Origin: Promethearchaeota archaeon
GTDB taxonomy: Archaea; Asgardarchaeota; Lokiarchaeia; Sigyniarchaeales; SOKP01
Length of the DNA: 64,000 nucleotides
Direction of reading: 5' to 3'
Assembly: GCA_048937405.1 (NCBI GenBank)
Contig: JBHLNF010000004.1
Span: 32,001 to 96,000, forward strand
Under the pieces are notes generated by a model. It was not told where the DNA came from. It was given only the letters and a program-made list of their open reading frames with translations, and did not search any database. How positions within the stretch are numbered: position 1 is the stretch's first letter; each line of letters starts with the position of its first letter. The translations under genes and the position numbers were made by a program. Shown here in pieces: positions 51,501 through 60,138 of this stretch.

Positions 51501-52545
51501 GTGGCCCAGAATTACCTGCAGATGCGACAAAGATTACACCATAATCATTTTTAGCTTTTGATATTGTATCTGTAATATTATCAGATATATAAGGATAACC
51601 GCCCCCAAAACTCATAGAAATTATATCTGCACCTGCTCCACCTACACTTGTAGGCTTTGAACTCCATTCAATTGCGGCTATAATATCAGATTCAGCTAAT
51701 CCACTTTCATTTCCTGCGCGTGCATTTATTAATAATGCTCCTGGAGCTACACCACGATATTCTCCAGAAGATCCACCACCATCGCCAGCAATAATCCCTG
51801 CAGCATGAGTTCCATGACCTGTGAGATCATTATAATCATCTTTCCCCTCTTCACTAATAAAATTGCGTTCGTTTATAATATTCAAATCAGGATGATGATA
51901 TATTCCTGTATCAATCACCGCTACTTTCACCCCTGTTCCGTTATATGGTAGATTTTCTGCTCCAATCGCTGGAAGCCACCAATTAGAATAGTCTTCACTA
52001 TTTAGAGCACTTAATTGAATAGTATCATCTTTAACATAAGGTAATTGATAAAATTTCGATTCATGAATTTCTTTTATTGAATAAATACCTTCTATTTCAT
52101 TTTTTTTTATTATAAGCTGATCAGGATTAATTTTTACATGAACAGCAGAAATAAGATCGTAATTATTTTTTAGTTCATAGTTATCAAAAACTGAATCTAA
52201 GATTGTGATACGTTCTTCTTTACTTAGAGATTCATCGAATGAGATAATAACGTCAATATCTTTATGGATACTTTGTGGCCTTTTAATTAGATTTGTAAGT
52301 AATTTATTAAGTTCACTATCAAATTTTGGATTCTGATGGCTTGAAAAACTTTCTTGATTAACATTTTTTGAATTGGAAATAGTTTTAATAGAGGATTTTA
52401 ACGAATTTATATCTATTGCCGTATTTTTATTTTGATTATTAGGAATAGAATTAGCTAATTGTATACCAATGAATGGAACAATAAAATAATTGATAATAAT
52501 TATTATTATGATTATTATTTTAGTTTTATTTTTTAAACTAGTCAT
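48550..52545 (-). CDS. membrane-anchored S8 subtilase with GATase-like domain, TM and cytoplasmic zinc ribbon (site-1-protease-like)
   Basis: VIDTG, HGTH, GTSFS catalytic triad; signal peptide; C-terminal TM; CPFCG...CPSCG. Confidence 0.9.
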   Translation of the reverse strand: MTSLKNKTKIIIIIIIIINYFIVPFIGIQLANSIPNNQNKNTAIDINSLKSSIKTISNSKNVNQESFSSHQNPKFDSELNKLLTNLIKRPQSIHKDIDVIISFDESLSKEERITILDSVFDNYELKNNYDLISAVHVKINPDQLIIKKNEIEGIYSIKEIHESKFYQLPYVKDDTIQLSALNSEDYSNWWLPAIGAENLPYNGTGVKVAVIDTGIYHHPDLNIINERNFISEEGKDDYNDLTGHGTHAAGIIAGDGGGSSGEYRGVAPGALLINARAGNESGLAESDIIAAIEWSSKPTSVGGAGADIISMSFGGGYPYISDNITDTISKAKNDYGVIFVASAGNSGPQYFSGSTPAAGIDVISVGATNRSNGLASFSSWGPTFSYIGYPDVVAPGVNIISTEAKGSTFSREERYKGDYFDFSGDADYIPLSGTSFSCPMVAGALAILLDAYPYITPETARIALLEGASPLSDDSDNDILKSGTGIINVTASLSYLESLSTNYNNTAKIYPDNLPIKPFDLLHFPGDHQKFNLTVISGESKTFNIEVPSNIQGISLSIDKSPLIFSKAGVGFIELDIEIEQNAIPEIKMFQINLTSGIKIYDIINITLDIRLPEYRVLMESYHGLNDWFADEDIGYTFYQMGFYEAMNDLTELNISIDYSMEYWTPDYDKNINNSLLTEERLAQYDIVILQNPILPYSPSEIRNLETYFNNGGNLLFLGTRYQDMIVENINYLFSRLGVDIQVNEENILDDEWLGIGASVNSQTVHNFNDSKIFNNVSQFYWFYGNTFTISDNANSIATIDNKTVVALYDGTEYAKGKFLAFGDLYWLYDQYDASSFAQDHHNLLTNIIDFLLPPDEISINIDLGKESSSNSENKISICIKNQTSETPITNSDYSSLSVMFKNGIFQGTISLNISKASEGIYFNNSFNLPDTSSTPYTIIVNLTFDSIEFNKTTKILYYNNNEMPKISEISLDKSSITRANNQQNLIIAELDDNSYDPFEGYLSIYSYSFYNTKQSINKTLTFSFSPGPGNNYSEIFYPEETDPSGYAIFYLEPSNSNYSTSNSPRISFRIKNNPPEILNESSSFDYDSFANTASEGASYVYRVKQDETLNFVVDVADTVNYEDSRSNMRVFINLFITVAKEDGHIMVIFPDVFEVAELTYQTGSNKYQGTFTIPKTMRYNTISGTRSVSTITNYNSASNSGYLGILIITVYDSEGGYDDFIIVLLISGPLFDFSSLIYIIPVVIGVVVVIGFLIYLVKRQKRVKVSEYQPRYQDYYYEPSYEPSETTYITPEPLSNLEQFYCPFCGHLIRQPKKFCPSCGESLSFTEKND

Positions 52546-52747
52546 AGATTATATCAAATAAAACACGTATTTAAACCTAAAGATTTTGAGTTAAAATATT
52601 TTTAAAAATTATGAAATTTTTAATAAAATGAAAATATTACATGAATTAGCCCTATACAAAAAGAGTATTTATTTTTTGATTTAAAATAAATAAATAATTG
52701 TACTGCTTTATGTATTAAAAATTATAATCTAGCCTATCATACATCTT

Positions 52748-53272
52748 ATGAAAAAATATAATTTTAAAATCCTTCTTTTAGGTGGTCCTGCAGTAGGAAA
52801 AACTAGCATTTTATATCGATTTGTAAAAAATCAATTCTCTTATGATTATATAACTACTATAGGTCTTAATTATTTAACAAAAGAAGTCCATTTAGATGAT
52901 AAAAATTACGCTAAACTTGTTATATGGGATGTCGCTGGACAAGAGAAGTTTAAATTTCTTCGTAAAAAATATTATGAAGGAACTAATGGTGCTTTGCTAA
53001 TTTTTGATCTTACGAGACTTAACTCATATGAAGAGTTAAAAGATTGGCTTTCAGAAATGTTTGAAATAATACAGATAAAGATTCCTTTTGTAATAATAGG
53101 TAATAAATTAGACCTATTAAAAGAAGTTAATCGATCAATTGATATTGATATTGTTAAAGATTATGCTAAAAATCAAGACAGTATATATATAGAAACGTCT
53201 GCTAAAACTGGAGAAAATATCGAAGAAGCCTTTGAAGAATTAACAAAGCGCATGATTGCGCATATTTCCTAA
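52748..53272 (+). CDS. Rab-like small GTPase
   Basis: GGPAVGKT, TTIG, WDVAGQE, NKLD, ETSAK; no prenylation motif. Confidence 0.93.
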   Translation: MKKYNFKILLLGGPAVGKTSILYRFVKNQFSYDYITTIGLNYLTKEVHLDDKNYAKLVIWDVAGQEKFKFLRKKYYEGTNGALLIFDLTRLNSYEELKDWLSEMFEIIQIKIPFVIIGNKLDLLKEVNRSIDIDIVKDYAKNQDSIYIETSAKTGENIEEAFEELTKRMIAHIS

Positions 53273-53343
53273 AAAAAATCAGAACAGATCAATACAATGC
53301 ATCTAGATAAATATTACTTTTCTTATCTTTTCCTTTTTTTCTT

Positions 53344-53385
53344 AATGGTGGAAGTTTGATGATGGAAGTTTAATGGAGGAAGTTT
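53344..53385. repeat. 3 x 14-bp imperfect tandem repeat
   Basis: aatggtggaagttt / gatgatggaagttt / aatggaggaagttt. Confidence 0.8.
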
Positions 53386-53548
53386 GGTATCGAACAAGAT
53401 AAGAAGTAATACTAAGTTTTTCTCTTTTTTTCTTTTTACCTTAATACAGGTTTAATAATAAAACTGTTTAAAATTTTTTAAACATAAATTAAAATTCACG
53501 ATTCATTGGTTTACTTAAAATGTATCTGCCAATTTAAAGATTCGAAAA

Positions 53549-53620
53549 TGGACCTAGCGGGAATTGAACCCGCGGCCTTTCGCATGCCAAGCGAACGATC
53601 TTCCACTAATCCATAGGCCC
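53549..53620 (-). tRNA. tRNA-Ala(GGC)
   Basis: GGGCCTA...TAGGTCC-A acceptor stem with G3:U70; anticodon arm TTCGC-TTGGCAT-GCGAA; GGTTCAATTCC T-arm; no intron, no encoded CCA. Confidence 0.95.
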
Positions 53621-53776
53621 AATATTATATATTAAAAAGCACTCCCAAATAATTAAATTTTATTATTTGAGGATTTATTTTATATTAAAATACATTTGAT
53701 TGAAGTTGTTTTATAGATTTTGATTATATTTGGAAAACCAGAATAATCGATAATGGAATGAAAAATTAAAAATAAA

Positions 53777-56402
53777 TTATCTCTTGAGGACTTTATGATT
53801 TTTTATGTTTTTTAACAGAATTAATGTAATTCCTATAAATGCGATTACCAGAAAGCTTATATCAAAACTAGGAATAAAGCTAGTTTCCCAATATTTTATT
53901 TCAAACTTGCTACTATAATCATAAATGTTAGCATCAGAGGAATCAATAATATTTATTTGATATTGTGTGGAATCAGACAGGTCGGAGGGTATTTTCCAAT
54001 AGTACACCCCATCATTTAAGATATTGGATTCTATTGTCTGAATAAAATATCCATTCCTATATAATGTAATGTCAACCATGGAAATATTACCTGTTGATTT
54101 CCATTCAATATAATAAAACTTGTTAGTTTCCCAAAAACTACTGCTGTTTGGACTATTTACATTTATATTCTTAAGGTTATAGATTTCGAAATATTCACTA
54201 TAATCATACTCAGTTGGATCCGTAGAATCTGTGATTTTTATTTGATATTGAGTAGAATTTTTCAAAGCAGTAGAAATTGACCAATTGAATTCACCTTCGT
54301 TTGATATCTCGGATACTATTGTCTGAACTAACGTTCCCTCTTTATACAGCGTGATATTAACATCTGAGATGTTGCCTGCTGAATTCCAATAGATGTAATG
54401 AGACGTGCCTGTTTCCCAAACTGATGAATTATTGGGAGAATTAATGGATATTTCATGTTCTATTTCAGTTATATTTAAAATCTCCAATCCATCCTCACCA
54501 TTAGCTACATAAGCATAAGAACCAGAAATATATACTCCCTCTGAAAATCCTCCATCAAAATAATCTCCTAATTTCGATGGAGCAGAAACATTAGAAATAT
54601 CAATAATCTCTAAACCCTCATTTTCATTAGCTACGTATGCATAAGAACCATTAACATACACTCCACGGGCAGATCCTGTACCGTAGTACTGTCCTAGTTC
54701 TGATGGCATAGAAGGATTGGAAATGTCAATAATCTCTAAACCCTCATATGCATCAGCTATATAAGCATAAGAGCCAGAAATATATACTCCATAGGCAAAT
54801 CCTCCATCATAGTAATGTCCTATTTCTGTTGGTGTGGATGGATCAGAAATATTAATAATCTCTAATCCATCTAAACCATCAGCTACGTAAGCATAAGAGC
54901 CATTAACATACACTCCATTGGCAGATCCTCCATCTGAATATTGCCCCACTTCTGAGGGTGTGGTCGAATTGGAAATGTCAATAATCTCTAATCCATCTGA
55001 TCCATCAGCTACGTAAGCGTAAGAACCATTAACATACACTCCATTGGCAGATCCTCCATCTGAATATTGCCCTACTTCTGAGGGTGTGGTCGGATTGGAA
55101 ATGTTAATAATCTTTAATCCAAAAATATTATCCACAACATAAGCATAAGAACCATTAACATACACTCCACGGGCAGATCCTGTACCATTATAATGTCCTA
55201 CTTCTGATGGTATAGAGGGATTGGAAATGTTAATAATCTCTAAACCATTATCTCCATCAGCCACATAAGCGTAAGAACCATTAACATATACTCCATAGGC
55301 ATATCCTCCATCAGAATATTGCCCCACTTCTGATGGTGCGGACGGATTGGAAATGTTAATAAATACTAATCCATCAAAAGCATCAGTAACATAAGCATAA
55401 GAGCCTGAAACACAAACTTCATACGCATCCCAATTATCATACTGTCCTACTTCTGATGGTGCAGACGGATTGGAAATATTAATAATCTCTAATCCATCAT
55501 ACCCATAAGCCAAATAAGCATAAGAACCATTAACATATACTCCATGGGCATATCCTCCATCTGAGTATTGTCCCACTTCTGATGGTGTGGACGGATTGGA
55601 AATGTTAATAATCTCTAATCCATCATACCGATCCGAAACATAAGCATAAGAATCAGAAACAAACACATCAACAACAGTTCCCCCATCATTGAATTGTGAT
55701 ATTTCTGAAGGTGCGGATGGATTGGAAATATCAATAATCTCTAATCCATCAGAGTAGTCTGTAACATAAGCGTAAGAACCATTAACATATATTCCATTGG
55801 CATATCCTCCATCTGAATATTGCCCCACTTCTGATGGTGTGAATGGATTAGAAATGTCAATAATCTCTAATCCATTATTCCAATCCGCAACGAAGGCATA
55901 TGAGCCTGAAACATATACTCCTTCAGCAGTTCCTCCATCATAGTACTTTCCTACTTCTGATGGTGCGAATGGATTGGAAATATTAAGAATCACTAAACCA
56001 TTATTTCCATAAGCCAAATAAGCATAAGGGCCAGAAATATATACTCCTAGGGCAAATCCTCCATTGTCATATTCTCCGACTTTATTTGGTGCAGAAGGAC
56101 TTGATATATTTATTATCTTTAATCCTCCATAACCATCTGCTACATAAGCTAATGACTTATTAACAACTACATCATGCGCGCCTTGATCTAAAATATCAGC
56201 TATTTTTGATATTTCTATAGAAACGGTAGACTTATTTAGGTCATCTTGAGTAATTTCTTTAATGATTTCGTTTCCATGATAATGTTCTCTACTAAATGAA
56301 TTTAAAACAAAAAAAGTAGAAAAAAGAAATAAGGAAATACCTAAAGTAAGACTTATCATCCTTTTCATTGATTTCAATTTGATATTAAAAAAATTTTTCA
56401 TG
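53777..56402 (-). CDS. cell-surface LVIVD-repeat protein with two Ig-like (Kre9/KNH-type) domains and C-terminal anchor
   Basis: 14 repeats of ~43 aa (YAYVAD..GLEII.IS.P..P); two INSPN..S.WET domains; IPSF+TM+basic tail; start uncertain. Confidence 0.88.
54480..56190 (-). repeat. ~129-bp intragenic tandem repeat array (LVIVD units); boundaries approximate
   Basis: Near-identical DNA units, e.g. ccattaacatacactccattggcagatcctccatctgaatattgcc at ~54901 and ~55030. Confidence 0.85.
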
Positions 56403-56566
56403 ATATATTTTCCTTTAAATTTGATTTTAAAAGAATAATTGGAAATACTGAATGAATTATATTTCAATTTTTGGGATATTTATATGCTTTATTTAAAAAT
56501 TATACTATTTAAATTATTTAGATAGATAGCAAAAATATTTACATCTCAACTTCAGTTTTATATATC

Positions 56567-57883
56567 TCAATTTTTTTTGTAATTTTCTGCTATCTTTTCA
56601 GCCATATGAGGTCTTAATATCCTTATTGCGGTAATATATAAAGGAATTAGAGACAATTCTATAAATATAGAGATGATAAAGGGAGATTGTGGTCCTAAAT
56701 GATCCCATGCTAATCCACCGACAATAGGTCCTATTATTGCTCCTAAAAAACTCATCCATTGAGTCATTCCAAATATTTTTCCACGATGTCCTTTCGAAAT
56801 TCGACTGAGGAGGTTTTGGAGGACTAAAGAACTTGCCCATGCTAAAGTGCTATCAAAGGTCAAAATAATACCAAATACTACACCAGAGGTGCTATTTACT
56901 ATTAACCAAGTTACGAGAGAACCAAATCCGCTTATTAAAATGATAGAAATTTCTGGATTAATTTTATCAGCAAGTTTACCCATTCTTGGAGACAGTAATA
57001 AGGAAATGATTTGGCTGGGAAAGTAGATGATCATAACTAATACAGGGTCGGTTACATCTAATTCATCTATTAAATATCGTTGAAAGAAGGGAGGAGCAAT
57101 AGTTTGATTAGCACTACTAGCCATAAAAGCAATTACTAAAAGAAGAAAACCGAGAATAAACCCTATTGATAATGTTAAATAAGTTTGGGTTGTTTCTACT
57201 TTGGTTTCTATTAGAATTTCATTATTGAGGTTAAGTTGACTCATATGGTTCTCATGAGTCAAATTTATATCGACATTTTTATTAAACACAATTCCAGCAT
57301 AAATATTAGCGACAGCGAATAAAATTAAAGGACTATAAACAATAATTAGATTTTCAGGTATATAGTAATTTGCAAAACCGAATATTAAGAAACTTATGAT
57401 TGACCCAACCAAATTTCCTTTACCTAACATTCCACCCTGTTTTCCAAATGCAGAAGAACGGAATGTTTTATGGGATTTTTCAGCGATAAGAGCATTTAAA
57501 GGACTCCAGAAAAAGCCAACAAAGAAACCCAATACAAATAAGCCTATTGCAAAAGTTAAAAGAGAAGAAAAAAGTATACCAAAAAATAATAATATATAAC
57601 AAGCTGCTCTCCCAAAACTCCCTATTAATACCAATAATTTTTTGGAAACTTTATCAGTAAGATATCCTACTATTGGTGTACTAATTAGACCACCTATAGT
57701 TTGACTCGCAAATGTTAAACCCATCTCGGTACCTGAAGCTTCCAACAATTGAGCTGTTACATATGGAATTAAAAATTGAAAGAAAAAGAATCCTAAGCTG
57801 TTCCAGAAGACAATTCGAATCATTGGAACAAAATCGGGAGTAATTTTAGAATTAGTATCTTCAGAGTTTTTTGTTCTTAACAT
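56567..57883 (-). CDS. MFS transporter
   Basis: GYLTDKVSKK and GKLADK motif A; ~12 TM. Confidence 0.9.
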   Translation of the reverse strand: MLRTKNSEDTNSKITPDFVPMIRIVFWNSLGFFFFQFLIPYVTAQLLEASGTEMGLTFASQTIGGLISTPIVGYLTDKVSKKLLVLIGSFGRAACYILLFFGILFSSLLTFAIGLFVLGFFVGFFWSPLNALIAEKSHKTFRSSAFGKQGGMLGKGNLVGSIISFLIFGFANYYIPENLIIVYSPLILFAVANIYAGIVFNKNVDINLTHENHMSQLNLNNEILIETKVETTQTYLTLSIGFILGFLLLVIAFMASSANQTIAPPFFQRYLIDELDVTDPVLVMIIYFPSQIISLLLSPRMGKLADKINPEISIILISGFGSLVTWLIVNSTSGVVFGIILTFDSTLAWASSLVLQNLLSRISKGHRGKIFGMTQWMSFLGAIIGPIVGGLAWDHLGPQSPFIISIFIELSLIPLYITAIRILRPHMAEKIAENYKKN

Positions 57884-58296
57884 ATTAGTTAATGTAAATT
57901 TGAAAGGTTTCGTGTGATTATTTAAGTTTAATTGTGTATTTACCTATATTTTCATTTGAATAAGTTTCTTTAAATGTAATAAAGCAAATTTATTAAATCC
58001 TTTAAAGTTGACTATGAAATTAGTACATTTTGATATCATTTTAAAGCAGTAAACAAACAAGTGGAAAATCAATTAATATCTCTTATTTTCTCTGACTTAT
58101 TGAATTGTTTATTATTATCGATTATTTTAAATATGGATCTTATCTTTTAATGAATTAATTTTACTGTAATGATAGTAATTATCAATTATTTAATAAAAAT
58201 TGATTAAATACTACATAAAGATTATATTATTTTGATTCTAGGATAATGTTACAATATTGTATATAGAATTCTATAAAAAAATAGGAGTTGATCTAT

Positions 58297-59094
58297 TTGG
58301 CAGAAGAATGTAAGGTTTTGGAGAAAAAAGCTAAAGAATTAGAAATGAATAGTGTAGATGAAGCAATTAAAGTTTATAAACAAGCTGCTGAATGTTATAT
58401 TAATGTTGATAAACCAAAAAACAGAATTAGTTGTATGGAAAAAGTAGCAAAATTAATTAGAGAAAAAGCAAAATTAACCGAAGATCCTGTTAAAGCATTA
58501 GAAATCTTCAAATCTGCGTCAGAGGTTTATAATCAAATTAGTAAACAATCTGAGTCTGAAAAAGTAATGAATGAAGCTAATAAAAAGTTAATAGATTCTG
58601 CAAAAAATATAAGAGCAGAAGCAAAAAAAGCTGAAGATCCTGATTTTGCTGAATTACAATTAGCAAAAGCTTCTGATTATGCTTCTCAAGGGAAGGACGA
58701 TGATTTATTTAAAGCATGTTGGGTTGATTCTGGTGATTATTTTAGAAAAAAAGCAATAGAAATTGAAGATCCAAGAGAAGCTTTAGAAGTCTTCAAACAT
58801 GCTGTACAAAATTACACAAAAGGTGGAAATGAAGAATTAAAAAATAAAACCTTAGCAGAAGCAGCAGATAAATTTAATACAAAAGGTAATAATATTCAAA
58901 AATCGAAGAAAAATTTAATACTTGCAATTGACAGCTATCTTCAAGCAGCTACTATATATAAAGCCGCGAATTTAGATGAAAAAGCCAACAATTTAACAAA
59001 TATAATAAATGATTTATGCGAATTTATTGGTATGCCATTAGAAGAGATAACAAAATACTTAAATTCGCAGAATATAACAGCGATTTCGTTATAA
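58297..59094 (+). CDS. alpha-SNAP/TPR-like helical repeat protein
   Basis: Repeats AIKVYKQAAECY, ALEIFKSASEVY, ALEVFKHAVQNY, AIDSYLQAATIY; start TTG at 58297 or 58288. Confidence 0.65.
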   Translation: MAEECKVLEKKAKELEMNSVDEAIKVYKQAAECYINVDKPKNRISCMEKVAKLIREKAKLTEDPVKALEIFKSASEVYNQISKQSESEKVMNEANKKLIDSAKNIRAEAKKAEDPDFAELQLAKASDYASQGKDDDLFKACWVDSGDYFRKKAIEIEDPREALEVFKHAVQNYTKGGNEELKNKTLAEAADKFNTKGNNIQKSKKNLILAIDSYLQAATIYKAANLDEKANNLTNIINDLCEFIGMPLEEITKYLNSQNITAISL

Positions 59095-59192
59095 TTTTCA
59101 AAAATTCTAATGTCTAAATTCTTTTTCTCAGAAAAAAATATTTACCAAGAATTTTTTTTTTAGCCTTATATGAATAGGAATAGTTTATTTTT

Positions 59193-59214
59193 TCGTGAAA
59201 CAAGAATTTCACGA
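59193..59214. promoter_or_regulatory. perfect inverted repeat TCGTGAAA-N6-TTTCACGA, candidate operator
   Basis: Palindrome ~120 bp upstream of the crotonase gene. Confidence 0.4.
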
Positions 59215-59333
59215 TCAAAAATTAGCAACACTATTATCATTGTATTTTTAAAAAGCATAAATAATATATTTAGTTCAAATTAAGGTTTATTCATTAGGAT
59301 TTAAATAAAATAAAAAAAATGAGGGAGTAAAAT

Positions 59334-60131
59334 ATGGAATATGAAGAAATTATTTTTGAAAAAAAGGATAGAATTGCCTATATAACCATTAATCGACCTC
59401 AAAGATATAATGCTTGTAATCTCCGCACTGTTTATGAGTTAATCGATGCATTCGACCAATGCTGGGATAATGAAATTGGTGTTGTCATTTTTACTGGAAT
59501 AGGAGAAAAAGCCTTTTGTACTGGTGGAGATCAAACAACACGCGAGAAGGGGGGATATGAAGGGGAATTATTATTACCACTCGAAGTTGGTTGGCAACGT
59601 GTGACACATTTAATCCGTACCTTACCTAAACCTGTTATTGCTCGAGTTAATGGTTATGTAATTGGGGGTGGTCATGTTTGGCATGTTAATTGTGATCTCA
59701 GTATAGCAGCTGAGCATGCTCAATTTGGACAAGCGGGACCACGTGTGGGGTCATTTGATCCGGGATATGGAACAGGAGATTTAATGCGTGCTGTAGGAAT
59801 AAAACGTGCAAAAGAGATTTGGTATTTATGTCGCCGCTACACGGCACAACAAGCTTTACAAATGGGACTTGTGAATGCTGTTGTCCCTTATGAGAAATTA
59901 GATGAAGAAGTAAATCAATGGTGTCAAGAATTATTGGAAAAAAGCCCTATAGCCTTAAAAATGTTAAAATATGCCTTTCTAGCTGAAACTGATGGAGTAA
60001 CAGGTATTACTCAACTGGGTATTGGTGGTCTTTCTCTATATTATGGCACTGATGAAGCTGTAGAAGGAAAAAATGCATTTATAGAAAAAAGAAAAGCCGA
60101 TTTTAATCAATTTAGAAAGAAACAGTCATAA
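59334..60131 (+). CDS. crotonase of the MenB/BadI subfamily
   Basis: FCTGGDQ, IGGGHV, GPRVGSFDPGYG, EIWYLCRRY, LYYGTDE. Confidence 0.88.
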   Translation: MEYEEIIFEKKDRIAYITINRPQRYNACNLRTVYELIDAFDQCWDNEIGVVIFTGIGEKAFCTGGDQTTREKGGYEGELLLPLEVGWQRVTHLIRTLPKPVIARVNGYVIGGGHVWHVNCDLSIAAEHAQFGQAGPRVGSFDPGYGTGDLMRAVGIKRAKEIWYLCRRYTAQQALQMGLVNAVVPYEKLDEEVNQWCQELLEKSPIALKMLKYAFLAETDGVTGITQLGIGGLSLYYGTDEAVEGKNAFIEKRKADFNQFRKKQS

Positions 60132-60138
60132 TGGAGAA

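Noticed and set aside
53344-53385. Mini CRISPR array
   Set aside because: Repeats are 14 bp, contiguous and lack spacers; no cas genes.
54480-56190. Diversity-generating retroelement TR/VR pair
   Set aside because: No reverse transcriptase; the repeats are tandem in-frame protein units.
53549-56467. tRNA-integrated island carrying the LVIVD gene
   Set aside because: The gene is on the tRNA 5' side; no integrase or duplicated tRNA end seen.
4550-57599. Short ORF-track entries overlapping longer genes (e.g. 4550-4843, 6044-6280, 9926-10198, 24799-25218, 38645-38839, 46160-46876, 57396-57599)
   Set aside because: Antisense or alternate-frame shadows of well-supported genes, with no motifs.
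59334-60131. Assigning the symbol menB
   Set aside because: Cannot be separated from BadI-like hydrolases by eye, and there is no men context.
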